A DNA stretch of 64,000 nucleotides from Spirochaetaceae bacterium (GTDB taxonomy: Bacteria; Spirochaetota; Spirochaetia; DSM-27196; SKKC01): assembly GCA_046542845.1 (NCBI GenBank), contig JBKHAN010000007.1, forward strand, positions 2,744-66,743. Reading direction: 5' to 3'. Below, piece after piece: positions 49,131-59,016 of the stretch; position 1 is the first letter of the stretch, and each line of letters begins with the position of its first letter. The notes beneath the pieces were generated by a model. That model saw nothing but the letters and a program-made list of their open reading frames with translations, made no database searches and was not told the origin of the DNA. The translations under genes and the position numbers were made by a program.

Positions 49131-49938
49131 CGAGACGGAAACGATGCGGCTTCAGGTGTATCTCGCACAAGCCGGACTGGGTTCACGCCGTTCATGTGAA
49201 AACCTTATAGACGAGCTCCGTGTAAGCGTTAACGGAGAAATGGTATCCCGGCATGGTGTACGTGTCAGCGACGAAGACGTTGTAAAAGTTGACGGGAAAC
49301 AGGTCCACCGCACAAAGAAAAGCGTCTATCTGGCGCTTCATAAACCCCCGGGTTACCTGTGCGCACAGAGCGACCCCGAAGGACGCCCGCTCGCCGTTGA
49401 ACTCGTACAGTCGCGCTACGGCATGCGCCTGTATACGGTTGGTCGACTCGACTTCAATAGTTCCGGCCTGATATTTATGACAAACGACGGTGACTTTGCG
49501 CAGGCCGTATCTCATCCGTCGAACGAGGTCGAGAAGGAGTACATCGTACAGACCCGTAAACCGGTATCCGAAGAGTTTCTCGAAGCGTGCGTTCGGGGTT
49601 TGAACATCGAAGGTGTGCAGTACCGCTTCACGAACTGGGAACGGGCGGGCTCGAGAAGCATACGGGTCACGCTCCGGGAAGGAAAGAACCGCGAAATCAG
49701 GACCGTGTTTAACCATTACCGCTATGGTGTCAAACGTGTCCATCGCGTCAGAATCGGTCCCGTGAAACTGTTTCGTATGGCGCCGGGACGATTCCGACCC
49801 CTGACGCGTCAGGAGATTAACTGGTTTTTCAAGCAGGCGGGCGTGGCTCCTCCCGGGGACGCCCCGACGCCCGGGGAGAGCTCGGATAAAGCCCCGCGTA
49901 AAAAACAGGTACGTGTTCGCAGAGGGAAGACAACGTGA
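49117..49938 (+). CDS. rluB: Pseudouridine synthase, RsuA/RluB family
   Basis: S4 domain (MRLQVYLAQAGLGSRRSCENLI...V.VNG), the catalytic motif YTVGRLDFNSSGLIFMTNDGDF, and KEY.V. A basic C-terminal tail follows. Confidence 0.85.
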   Translation: MARNDETETMRLQVYLAQAGLGSRRSCENLIDELRVSVNGEMVSRHGVRVSDEDVVKVDGKQVHRTKKSVYLALHKPPGYLCAQSDPEGRPLAVELVQSRYGMRLYTVGRLDFNSSGLIFMTNDGDFAQAVSHPSNEVEKEYIVQTRKPVSEEFLEACVRGLNIEGVQYRFTNWERAGSRSIRVTLREGKNREIRTVFNHYRYGVKRVHRVRIGPVKLFRMAPGRFRPLTRQEINWFFKQAGVAPPGDAPTPGESSDKAPRKKQVRVRRGKTT

Positions 49939-50597
49939 TCGTGGCGATAGACGGACCGGCAGGAAGCGGTAAAAGCACAATCGCAGAGCGCTGTGCGCAG
50001 GAAGTCGGATTTGCCTACGTGAACTCGGGACGACTCTACCGGGCCGTCACCCTGTATGCGCTGAAAAACGGCATAACCAGCGACGCGGACCGCATTGTAC
50101 CCCTGCTTTCGGCAATCAGCATAGAAATCGCAGGATCCGACATCCTGTTGAACGGTCATATCGTTTCCGACCGGTTGCACGACGACGAAGTCGACCGCTG
50201 GGTTCCTCAACATTCGTCCCTGCCCGAAGTACGCACCTACGTTAACACCAGGCTGCACGACATAGCACGGCAGGGAAATGTCGTGGTCGAAGGTCGCGAT
50301 ATAGCGACCGTCGTGTTTCCCGACGCCGAGGTCAAAGTTTACCTGGACGCGTCCATCGAAGCACGGGCGCAGCGAAGATACCGGCAGGGGACGAGCGAAC
50401 TGACCTATGAACAGATATACAGCTCCATCGAACAGCGCGACGAACTCGACCGGAACAAACAGATCGGACGGTTGAGACAATCCAAGGACGCGACATATAT
50501 CGACACCTCGGACTTGACCATAGATAAAGTTTGTGACAAGGTATTGAGCATTATCCACGGACATCTCGAATCTTCAGGAAAAGTACATAAAACATGA
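49935..50597 (+). CDS. cmk: Cytidylate kinase
   Basis: VAIDGPAGSGKSTIA...A...GF.YVNSG.LYRA and VVEGRDI.TVVFPDA..K.YL.AS.E.RA.RR. The GTG start overlaps the rluB stop. It has the classic cmk-rpsA arrangement. Confidence 0.88.
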   Translation: MIVAIDGPAGSGKSTIAERCAQEVGFAYVNSGRLYRAVTLYALKNGITSDADRIVPLLSAISIEIAGSDILLNGHIVSDRLHDDEVDRWVPQHSSLPEVRTYVNTRLHDIARQGNVVVEGRDIATVVFPDAEVKVYLDASIEARAQRRYRQGTSELTYEQIYSSIEQRDELDRNKQIGRLRQSKDATYIDTSDLTIDKVCDKVLSIIHGHLESSGKVHKT

Positions 50598-52300
50598 GCG
50601 ATAGTCAGTCTAGTCAAGGCGCAGGCGCGCCGCTTCAGGAACAGCTTCAGGAACAATATCTCGACCACCTCGATCAGCTCGAAGAAGGGCAACTGGTCGA
50701 GGGCATAGTTATCGAGGTCGGACCCGAACAGGTCTTCGTCGACGTCGGATACAAGTCCGAAGGCAAGATCGATATTTCGGAGTTCAGAGAACTCCCGAAA
50801 GTCGGCGACAGCGTAGAAGTTGTGCTGGTAAACAAGGAATCCCGTTCAGGCGAAGTCATTGTTTCCAAGAAGAAAGCAGACGAGCGGGTCTTCTGGAAGA
50901 CCATGAAAGAGGCGGCGGCCGAGCATCGTGCGGTGCCGGGTCGGGTCAAGCGCGCCATAAAGGGCGGATTCGAGATTGATCTCGGTCACGACGTGCGCGC
51001 ATTCAATCCCATCTCAAAGATGGACCTTCATCGCATTAACAACCCCGAAGAATACGAGGGCATGGATACGTTCTTTTATATTGAACGTCTCTACAGCGAC
51101 AACCGGGTTAATATTGTACTCAGCCGGCGCGACTGGCTCGAAGAGACCGTCGAGAAAAACCGAAACCAGTTTTTCGAGAATGTCAGCATAGGCGACGTCG
51201 TCGAAGGAACGATTAAAAGCTTCACCAGTTTTGGCGCTTTTGTTGATCTGGGTGGTTTTGACGGCCTGCTGCACATAAACGATATGAGCTGGGGACATGT
51301 CACGCGTCCCAAGGACTACGTCAAGAAAGGCGACAAGATCGAGCTGAAAGTGATCCGCATGGATCCCGAGGCGAAGAAGATAAATCTCTCGCTCAGACAC
51401 ATGACCGAGGATCCATGGTCCCAGTTCGAAGAGAAGTACGCAGAGGGCGACATTGTCGTTGGCCACGTAACGAAGCTCACCGAATTCGGGGCTTTCATTG
51501 AGCTCGAAGAAGGAATTGAAGGTCTCGCTCATATCTCCGAGCTTTCCTGGACACGACGCATTAACCACCCGAAAGAAGTACTCGATGTCGATCAGGAAGT
51601 AGAGGTTAAAATACTCGCTTACGATCTTCAGGAAGGAAAGGTCAGTCTTGGTGTCAAGCAGGCAATGCCCAACCCATGGGATCACATCGAGCATATGTAC
51701 CCGGAAGGCCTTCGCCTGATTCGTCCCATCAAAAAGCTCACGAACAGCGGAGCGTTTGTGGAACTCGAAGAAGGCATCGACGGATTTCTTCACGTGGACG
51801 ATTTGAGCTGGACCAAGCGGTACAAGCATCCGAGTGCCATCCTTCAGGAAGGCGAAGAAATCGAATGCATGGTCATACGCAGCGATTCAAAGAATCGGAA
51901 TGTGCGTTTAGGCATAAAGCAGCTCTCCGAAGACCCCTGGGACAGTCTAAAGAAAGCCTACCCCGAAAACACGGTCATCGAAGGCGAGGTAACGAATATT
52001 ACCGATTTCGGCGTCTTCCTTCGAGTACAGGGCGGCATCGAAGGTCTTATTCACAAGGCGGCGCTTGTCGATCCGCGGCAGGAGTCCTACGAAGACGCGA
52101 TCAAGAAGATCAAGGTCGGAGATTTCCTCCGGGCAGTGGTCGTAGAGCTGAATACTGCCAAGCAGAAACTCGGACTGTCTGTCAGGGAACTCGAGCGTCT
52201 CGAGCAGCGTCAGGAGCTCGACAAGTATATTCACGAGGACGACGACGACAGTGCGACCATTACGCTCGGCGATATTCTGAAGGACAAAGACTCCAACTGA
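50594..52300 (+). CDS. rpsA: 30S ribosomal protein S1 (six S1 domains)
   Basis: Six repeats of the S1 motif (G.VV.G.V......GAFVDLG...GL.HIS). One example is VEGTIKSFTSFGAFVDLGGFDGLLHINDMSW. The ATG overlaps the cmk stop. Confidence 0.92.
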   Translation: MSDSQSSQGAGAPLQEQLQEQYLDHLDQLEEGQLVEGIVIEVGPEQVFVDVGYKSEGKIDISEFRELPKVGDSVEVVLVNKESRSGEVIVSKKKADERVFWKTMKEAAAEHRAVPGRVKRAIKGGFEIDLGHDVRAFNPISKMDLHRINNPEEYEGMDTFFYIERLYSDNRVNIVLSRRDWLEETVEKNRNQFFENVSIGDVVEGTIKSFTSFGAFVDLGGFDGLLHINDMSWGHVTRPKDYVKKGDKIELKVIRMDPEAKKINLSLRHMTEDPWSQFEEKYAEGDIVVGHVTKLTEFGAFIELEEGIEGLAHISELSWTRRINHPKEVLDVDQEVEVKILAYDLQEGKVSLGVKQAMPNPWDHIEHMYPEGLRLIRPIKKLTNSGAFVELEEGIDGFLHVDDLSWTKRYKHPSAILQEGEEIECMVIRSDSKNRNVRLGIKQLSEDPWDSLKKAYPENTVIEGEVTNITDFGVFLRVQGGIEGLIHKAALVDPRQESYEDAIKKIKVGDFLRAVVVELNTAKQKLGLSVRELERLEQRQELDKYIHEDDDDSATITLGDILKDKDSN

Positions 52301-52339
52301 CAAACGGTTATAAGGCGTGCGGAGTCGTGGAAGCCACAC

Positions 52340-53851
52340 ATGCTCTCAGAAAACGTTGATCTTCGACGGCTGGACACGCTTATAGAGATTAACACTCTCA
52401 TAAACAGTGACTACAGCGACCCGAACGCACTGCTCACACGCATAGTCGAATCTGCAACTCGTCTTACCGAGGGTGAGGCGAGTTCCCTCCTGCTCATTAA
52501 TCCCGACGACAACAAGCTCTACTTTGAGGTTGCTCTTGGTTCCAAAGGAACCGAAGTTCAGCGTTTCAGTCTGAATAAAGGGGAAGGGATCGCGGGCTGG
52601 GTGGTCGACAAGAATCGCAGCCTCATCGTAAACGACGTCGAGTCCGATACGCGGTTTTTTTCCAACATAAGCAAGGCAATAGGTTTTTCGACTCGGAACA
52701 TACTCGCTGCACCCATGCGCATCCGTGAAAGCTGCGTCGGTGTACTCGAGATCCTGAACAAAAAGGATGGCAAGAACTTCACCGAAAGTGATCTGTGGTG
52801 GCTCGAGATTTTTGCGAACCAGGCTGCCCTGGCCATACAGAACGCGAGATCCTTTCAAAAAGCCCGAGATCAGATTGATTTTCTGAGCGAGCAGGTGCAG
52901 GAATCCCAGGGATACCACACCTTCGTCGCGGAGAGTCCCGCGATGCTTGAGAAACTCGATCTGGTAAAGCGCGTCGCCCCGACTGACTCGTCGGTATTGA
53001 TACTCGGCGAAAGTGGCGTCGGCAAAGAACTCTTCGCGGAGCAGCTTCATTTAAACTCCCGGCGCGCCGACCGCCCGTTTGTACGGGTGAACTGCGCCGC
53101 TCTTCCGGAGTCGCTGCTCGAAAGTGAACTGTTCGGCCACGTAAAAGGTGCCTTTACAGACGCGAATCGTGATCGGATCGGACGTTTTGAGCTCGCAGAC
53201 GGCGGAACGATCTTTCTCGACGAAATAGGGGAGCTTCCCCTCGCTTTGCAGGCGAAGCTCCTGCGCGTGCTTCAGGAACGGACGTTTGAGAAGGTAGGTG
53301 CCAGTGAGCCGAAAAACGTCGACGTTCGTATCGTTGCCGCCACTAACCGCGACATCGAAGTTGAAGTGTCGGAAGGCAGATTTCGACGGGATTTATACTA
53401 CCGCCTGAATGTGCTTCCACTGTATATCCCACCCCTCCGATCACGACCCGAGGACATACCGGGACTTGCACGATTTTTCCTGAAGCGCCTGAATCATGAG
53501 ACCAAGAAGCAGATTCGCGGCTTTTCGAACGAGGCGATCGAGCAACTGCTCTCGTATTCCTGGCCCGGCAACGTCCGCGAGCTCGAGAATGCCGTCGAGC
53601 GTGCGGTTGTGATAACTCGGGGCGATGAGATATCACCCGAGGATCTTGTCCTTCAGCGAAGCTCAAGCGACAGCACACGATATGCGGGAAACAGTCTGAA
53701 AGATGCGGTAAATTTATTTAAGAAACAGTATCTACGTGCTACTCTCGAACGGTGCGACTGGAATCAAACTATTGCAGCAAAAGAACTTGGAATTCAACGG
53801 ACGTATCTTTCCCGGCTCATTAAGGAGCTTGAAATATCGCGTTCAGATTGA
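52340..53851 (+). CDS. Sigma-54-dependent transcriptional activator (GAF - AAA+ - Fis-type HTH)
   Basis: N-terminal GAF domain (..GIAGWVV......IVNDV..D.RF.......[11 protein letters not shown]......[18 protein letters not shown]). The AAA+ core has GESGVGKE, a GAFTGA-position loop reading [16 protein letters not shown] and RVIAATNRD. The C-terminal HTH is [22 protein letters not shown]. Confidence 0.88.
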   Translation: MLSENVDLRRLDTLIEINTLINSDYSDPNALLTRIVESATRLTEGEASSLLLINPDDNKLYFEVALGSKGTEVQRFSLNKGEGIAGWVVDKNRSLIVNDVESDTRFFSNISKAIGFSTRNILAAPMRIRESCVGVLEILNKKDGKNFTESDLWWLEIFANQAALAIQNARSFQKARDQIDFLSEQVQESQGYHTFVAESPAMLEKLDLVKRVAPTDSSVLILGESGVGKELFAEQLHLNSRRADRPFVRVNCAALPESLLESELFGHVKGAFTDANRDRIGRFELADGGTIFLDEIGELPLALQAKLLRVLQERTFEKVGASEPKNVDVRIVAATNRDIEVEVSEGRFRRDLYYRLNVLPLYIPPLRSRPEDIPGLARFFLKRLNHETKKQIRGFSNEAIEQLLSYSWPGNVRELENAVERAVVITRGDEISPEDLVLQRSSSDSTRYAGNSLKDAVNLFKKQYLRATLERCDWNQTIAAKELGIQRTYLSRLIKELEISRSD

Positions 53852-53884
53852 ACCACATGATATTGATAGGAGTACATAATAATA

Positions 53885-54577
53885 ATGAAATCGACGGATG
53901 AACGAACGGCACGCGAGCGCTTTGTGGATGCACTCAGCGGCTTTCTGCAAAGGCAGCGAAAACCGATTCTCGCACTGACGGTCATTGTGCTTGCGGGCAT
54001 TGCAGGCTTCGCGGTCTACGCAGAAATCAGAAACCATCGCGCAGAGGAGGCTCTGGTCCAGCTGGAGGACCTGCAGACCCGCGTGGATGAGCGACAGGGG
54101 CTTGAGGAAGACGAGAGGACGGAATTCGATGAGGACGTGCTCGGTGAGCTGAACGATCTGATCGATCGCTACCCCGGAACGTATGCCGCACAACGATCCC
54201 TGTTTCTCAGCGGCATCCTTTATATGGAACAGGAGAACTTCGAAGCAGCTGCCGATTCTTTCGGACGTCTCGCCGACCGGTTTCCCGAGGGCCATCTCGC
54301 ACTGATAGCCCGTGCAAACGAGGCGACTGCGCATGAAGAAAACTCCGAGCCCGAAGAGGCCATGGACGCCTACCGACAGCTCCTCTCGATGCGGCCTGAT
54401 TCGAGTCCCCTGACTGCACGCGCGTTGTTCTCGCTTGGACGTCTCAGCGAACGTCAGTCCGGCGACGGCGACGACCCGAGAGATTACTATGAGCGCATTA
54501 TAAACGAGTATCCGCAGAGTAACTGGACAACTCTGGCACGAAACAGACTCCTCGCGCTCTCTACGGCAGCACCGTAG
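53885..54577 (+). CDS. Membrane-anchored TPR-like protein (YfgM-like architecture)
   Basis: 230 aa. A short cytoplasmic N-terminus is followed by one TM helix (ILALTVIVLAGIAGFAVYA) and a helical TPR-like ectodomain (YAAQRSLFLSGILYMEQENFEAAADSFGRLADRFP). Confidence 0.55.
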   Translation: MKSTDERTARERFVDALSGFLQRQRKPILALTVIVLAGIAGFAVYAEIRNHRAEEALVQLEDLQTRVDERQGLEEDERTEFDEDVLGELNDLIDRYPGTYAAQRSLFLSGILYMEQENFEAAADSFGRLADRFPEGHLALIARANEATAHEENSEPEEAMDAYRQLLSMRPDSSPLTARALFSLGRLSERQSGDGDDPRDYYERIINEYPQSNWTTLARNRLLALSTAAP

Positions 54578-54603
54578 AGTCAGCACATCAGTCTGACACC
54601 GGT

Positions 54604-57036
54604 ATGAAGGGGGAGACCATGGCCGATCAAAAGACGCAGAGCAGGAAACGGAGATCCAGAACCTGGAAACGATTCCGGGAGACCCGGAATTTTGGCCCTT
54701 TGATCGGAGTTTTTGTATTTCTCGCACTACTCGTCTTCACGACTGTGTTTCCCGTCATCCCCGATCGCCTTGAACTCTCCGTGGTGGATTTTAATTTCAA
54801 CCTCCGACAGTTTACGGGAACCACGCGGCTGGAGGAGGGTGTCGTACTCGCCGAGCAGAATCCGGCTATCTCCCCCGATATACTGATTGTAGGTGTCGAT
54901 TTCAACGCACTGCAGCGCTTCGGTAACTGGCCGTTTCCACGCGCGAGACACGCAGACCTCGTGAACTCGTTCGCACGCATATCGGACCAGACTCAACGTG
55001 AAAACGCAGTCTTCCTCGACTTTTTCTTCATAGAACCTGTCGCGGAGGCTTTTAACGACGCTCTGCTCGTAGACGCAATGATCGAGAACAGACGCGTGTT
55101 TCTCGAAACAGTGCTCGAGTCATCGCCACCTCCTTCGGGGCTGGAGAACGAACTCTTTGCACGACACGACGTTCTTTTTGACCGACAGGGTCGTTTCGGG
55201 ACGATAGCCGGCGACTGGCAGGAGGTTCCCGGGAACGATGGACTTCAGCCGCCCCTGCAACCCTATGGAGCAGCGTCCGCAGGGTTTGGCCACGCGAATT
55301 TTTCCTCCGATATTGATGAGGTTTTTCGGCGTCAGGCACTCGTAGCCAAATCGTCGGAACTGCTCGGTTTTGTCTTTCTGGAAGACCTGGAGCCGGGCAT
55401 AGAACTCATAGACGAGAGCGTTTTCGAGCGTCTCGCATGGGTGGATCGGTCCGGGCGCGAGCACCAGATTCGAATGCCGATCACTGAAGAGTCTCTCGCT
55501 TCACTGCGAGCCGAAATGGAAGCGGAAGCGCCGCCACGACGCGTAGAACTCGACGACGGCACTGAAGACGACGTATTTCTGATCCGGGTCTACCGGGACG
55601 AGTTTGTGCCCTCGATCACGCTATCACTTGCCATGAATTACTGGAATCGGAGTCCGGAGGAGGTTGATGTTCATTTCGGTGAGCACATCCGGATTCCCGA
55701 GCCTCGCGTCTATAATCCCGAAACCGATAGCCTCGAACCGTATCGCATACTCGAACGCCCGGAACGACGGGATGAGGACGGTGAGATTGTTGAGGAAGCA
55801 CGGTACCGGGACGTTCCCGAGATCCTTATCCCGATCGACGAACACGGAAACATGACCGTTAACTTTATGGGACCTCGGTCGAGTGCCACACGGGGCGAAT
55901 ACCAGACCTTTCCCGTGCGCAGCTACAGCGGATACGCGTCAAACCCACCAGGTGCCTTGAGTGAACGCTGGCCGCGGACACGGGCGGTGCCGAACAGCAT
56001 TATCATGGTCGGAGCCTTCGCTCCCGGTATGGCGGCCGATGAGCTCACAACCCCTTACGGCCTCATGTACGGTATAGAGGTGCATGCGAATGCGCTCAAT
56101 ACCATTCTTATGGACAACTTCCTGAGAAACGCACCGTCCTGGTTGAACACTCTGATTCTGTTCGCTGCGTCCGTGCTTATCGCGTTCGCCTCGTCACGGC
56201 TGCCGACGGGCTGGGCTCTTGGAATTCTGATCGTTGGCATACTCGGATTCTTTATCGTAAACAACCTGTATCTGTTCGATTCCGCCGGCATGATCGTCGA
56301 TTTTGTTATCCCTGTTACCGGAGCCACGCTCAGCTTTCTCTCGGTAGTCGTATACCGGATTGCGACCGAAGAGCGGGACAAACGGCGCCTGCGGGAAATG
56401 TTCGGGAAGTACGTAAGCCCGCACGTCGTCAGCGATATTATGAACAATCCTCCCGAGCTCGGTGGAACGGATAAGGAACTCACCGTGATGTTCAGTGATA
56501 TTCGGGGCTTCACGACCTTGTCGGAAAGCATGACGCCGCAGGAACTTGTAAATCATCTCAATCTGTATCTGACTGCGATGACTGATATAATTCTTGAGTA
56601 CGAGGGAACCCTCGACAAGTACGTCGGCGACGAGATCATGTGCTTCTGGGGAGCTCCGATTCCACAGGAGGATCACGCGATTCGAGCGTGCCGATGCGCT
56701 CTGAAGCAGATGCAGGCCCTCGATCAGTTGAACGAGGGCTGGGAGCCTGAGCGGCGCATCAACTTTGGAATAGGGATTAACTCCGGGATCATGACCGTTG
56801 GAAATATGGGGTCTCCCGGACGCCTTAACTATACGCTTATGGGAGACAACGTGAACCTCGGAGCACGGCTTGAAGGTACGAACAAGCAGTACCGGACAAC
56901 CTGCATTATCAGCGAATACACCTACGGACTCGTTAAGGACAAGGTCATAGCCCGTGAGCTCGACAACATTCGGGTCAAAGGAAAAAACAAGCCTGTCCTT
57001 ATCTACGAGCTCATCGATATGGCGGATGCTGTATAG
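54604..57036 (+). CDS. CHASE2-domain sensor adenylate/guanylate cyclase (class III)
   Basis: A TM helix (IGVFVFLALLVFTTVFPVI) is followed by a ~430-aa extracytoplasmic domain and three TM helices. The cyclase domain contains VMFSDIRGFTTLSE, LDKYVGDEIMCFWGAP, GINSGIMTVGNMGS and YTLMGDNVNLGARLEG. An alternative start is ATG 54619, behind AAGGGGGAG. Confidence 0.85.
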   Translation: MKGETMADQKTQSRKRRSRTWKRFRETRNFGPLIGVFVFLALLVFTTVFPVIPDRLELSVVDFNFNLRQFTGTTRLEEGVVLAEQNPAISPDILIVGVDFNALQRFGNWPFPRARHADLVNSFARISDQTQRENAVFLDFFFIEPVAEAFNDALLVDAMIENRRVFLETVLESSPPPSGLENELFARHDVLFDRQGRFGTIAGDWQEVPGNDGLQPPLQPYGAASAGFGHANFSSDIDEVFRRQALVAKSSELLGFVFLEDLEPGIELIDESVFERLAWVDRSGREHQIRMPITEESLASLRAEMEAEAPPRRVELDDGTEDDVFLIRVYRDEFVPSITLSLAMNYWNRSPEEVDVHFGEHIRIPEPRVYNPETDSLEPYRILERPERRDEDGEIVEEARYRDVPEILIPIDEHGNMTVNFMGPRSSATRGEYQTFPVRSYSGYASNPPGALSERWPRTRAVPNSIIMVGAFAPGMAADELTTPYGLMYGIEVHANALNTILMDNFLRNAPSWLNTLILFAASVLIAFASSRLPTGWALGILIVGILGFFIVNNLYLFDSAGMIVDFVIPVTGATLSFLSVVVYRIATEERDKRRLREMFGKYVSPHVVSDIMNNPPELGGTDKELTVMFSDIRGFTTLSESMTPQELVNHLNLYLTAMTDIILEYEGTLDKYVGDEIMCFWGAPIPQEDHAIRACRCALKQMQALDQLNEGWEPERRINFGIGINSGIMTVGNMGSPGRLNYTLMGDNVNLGARLEGTNKQYRTTCIISEYTYGLVKDKVIARELDNIRVKGKNKPVLIYELIDMADAV

Positions 57037-57775
57037 GGGAGTGCGGGGCAGGGCGTCGGGCGTTCTCGTGCCGTCCACACTGTTCGTCGTGTGTATGATC
57101 GCCTCATGCGGACTTACTACGGGCGTGCGGGTCATATCACCTCCCGAACGCCGGTCATCGACAATAAACTCGGTGGTCTTTGAACACGCGCTCCCGCAGA
57201 ACGACGATGTCGGCTTTCAGGGATACGAGCTGTACTACAAGATTTACGGCAACAACCAGAGTGAAGCCCAGGAGGCCGATGAAAACGCGATCGAGGGCAC
57301 GAGTGACCCATTCTCCGTGCTGAACGAGCGCGGGTTTCGTCGCTTTCAGCTGGAGGACATCGATCGCGAGCGTCCGCCGGTGATCGCTCATGTGATACCA
57401 CCGGTGGACGAGCCTGTGACGTTCTCACTCGATTTTCTACGCGCAACGGGTCCATCCCCTGAAAGCAATCCGGTCCTTCTGATAGAGCGCGGGGATGCTG
57501 ATCCAGTCGAATACCGTCTGGTACGCACTATACAGGCAGCGCCGGGAGACTTCGGATCCGAGGCGTCGCGTCGAGCGTTTAACGAGCCGGGAGAACCCCG
57601 TTGGCTTGTAGACGGCAGCGACGATGCCGCACCACACGCGGACGTGGATAGCGATTACGACGGAATTTCGCAGGTGTCGATTCTGATCTATGCTATTGGA
57701 CAAGCGCTTGATGTCAACACGCTTACGCCGATTCGCAGTCTCGATGCACTGCAGCTTATAGAGATTGAGTTATAA
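57026..57775 (+). CDS. Putative lipoprotein, unknown function
   Basis: ATG 57026 overlaps the cyclase end by 11 nt. MLYRGVRGRASGVLVPSTLFVVCMIASCG has a basic n-region, a hydrophobic core and a lipobox-like IAS-C. GTG 57041 is an alternative start. The track start at 56954 lies inside the cyclase gene. Confidence 0.55.
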   Translation: MLYRGVRGRASGVLVPSTLFVVCMIASCGLTTGVRVISPPERRSSTINSVVFEHALPQNDDVGFQGYELYYKIYGNNQSEAQEADENAIEGTSDPFSVLNERGFRRFQLEDIDRERPPVIAHVIPPVDEPVTFSLDFLRATGPSPESNPVLLIERGDADPVEYRLVRTIQAAPGDFGSEASRRAFNEPGEPRWLVDGSDDAAPHADVDSDYDGISQVSILIYAIGQALDVNTLTPIRSLDALQLIEIEL

Positions 57776-57789
57776 GGAAAGAACCTCGC

Positions 57790-58083
57790 ATGCCAACACA
57801 AATACTTTCAACAGCGCTTATATACCTCGCTTCAGGACTCTTTGTTGCGATTGTCTACATGTACGTTTTCCGTGCATCCGTTCCCGGAGGTGTTACCGTC
57901 GCACTGTTTGTCGCGGTCACCGGATCATTTCTCGGTGGCGTCCTCGAAGTCGCTTTGCAGGACCTCATACAGAGTCTTCAGGATGTTGCCGGTGTAAATC
58001 TCTTTCCCGCGATACTAACCGCGACGGTGCTGCTGATCGCGTTCGGCGCAACGGGAAGACTGCGGAACGACGACCATGAATAG
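57790..58083 (+). CDS. Small integral membrane protein (3 predicted TM helices)
   Basis: 97 aa with hydrophobic Gly-rich helices (LIYLASGLFVAIVYMYVF, VALFVAVTGSFLGGVL and LFPAILTATVLLIAFGA). It starts 14 nt after the previous stop. Confidence 0.55.
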   Translation: MPTQILSTALIYLASGLFVAIVYMYVFRASVPGGVTVALFVAVTGSFLGGVLEVALQDLIQSLQDVAGVNLFPAILTATVLLIAFGATGRLRNDDHE

Positions 58084-58167
58084 TACCATTACTTCTGATA
58101 ATAAACATTCTGTCTACTTATAATACCACATGCAAACAAAGCACACGAATGAAAGGAATTACCTTCC

Positions 58168-59016
58168 ATGACCATACGACATAATCGAGCCACTCCTCAC
58201 GACAGGGTTTCTTTCGGTCCGCACACGAGCGCTTCGAGAATCGAGGCGCTGCGTAATGTGATCCGTGTACTCAGGAGCCCTGTCGGGTGTCCATGGGACC
58301 GCGAGCAGACGGTCACGAGCCTGAAAAAGTCCCTTCTTGAGGAGGCGTTTGAAGCCGCCGACGCTATCGATCATTCTGACGATCTTCATCTTCAGGAAGA
58401 GCTCGGGGATGTTCTGCTTATTCTGCTTCTCATGTCTCAGATTGAGGAAGATCAGGGAGTCTTCTCCTTCGAGGATGTAATGTCTACGCTGTACGACAAA
58501 CTCATCCGGCGGCACCCCCATGTGTTCGGTGAAGAATCGGTAGAATCATCCGACGACGTGAAGATACGCTGGAAACAGATCAAGAAGGATGTCGAAGGTC
58601 GGATCGCGCCGGATTCGGTCCTGTCGAAGGTACCGGTCCATTTACCACCGCTTCTGCGGGCACAGAAGTTGCAGAGCCTGGCGGCGCAATCCGGATTCGA
58701 CTGGAACAGCATAGAGGGCCCGCTCGATAAGATTCGGGAGGAAATTCAGGAGCTATCTGAAGAGCTCCGGAACGCCGAGATCGATACCGAACGTGTCTCC
58801 GACGAGCTTGGTGACGTGCTGTTCTCCGTGATTAACGTCGCGCGGCACATCGGGATCAGCGCGGACGACGCGCTTCGAAAGGCAAACCGGAAGTTTCATG
58901 AACGCTTTATGCACGTCGAACAGGAAATGTCCAGTTCCGGCACGGAAATGAAACCGGAGAACCTCGATGCAATGGAAGCGTACTGGCTTTCCGCAAAAAA
59001 CCGATCCCGATCCTAG
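58168..59016 (+). CDS. mazG: Nucleoside triphosphate pyrophosphohydrolase MazG (tandem MazG domains)
   Basis: L..V...LR...GCPWDREQT..SL...LLEEA.E..DAI and EELGDVLL; the second domain has ELGDVLFSVINVARH.GI.AD.AL. GAAAGGAA precedes the ATG. A TATAAT lies at 58119-58124. Confidence 0.88.
   Translation: MTIRHNRATPHDRVSFGPHTSASRIEALRNVIRVLRSPVGCPWDREQTVTSLKKSLLEEAFEAADAIDHSDDLHLQEELGDVLLILLLMSQIEEDQGVFSFEDVMSTLYDKLIRRHPHVFGEESVESSDDVKIRWKQIKKDVEGRIAPDSVLSKVPVHLPPLLRAQKLQSLAAQSGFDWNSIEGPLDKIREEIQELSEELRNAEIDTERVSDELGDVLFSVINVARHIGISADDALRKANRKFHERFMHVEQEMSSSGTEMKPENLDAMEAYWLSAKNRSRS

Noticed and set aside
50551-50559. TTATCCACG, an 8/9 match to a DnaA box.
   Set aside because: It is a single isolated copy inside the cmk coding sequence. 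There is no cluster, no AT-rich unwinding element and no dnaA/dnaN context.
59013-59016. The convergent genes mazG and mrdA overlap by 4 nt at their stop codons. queA and the 7801..8427 gene likewise overlap by 7 nt.
   Set aside because: The overlaps are real, but this is common in compact genomes. It only implies the absence of intergenic terminators and is not a distinct functional element.
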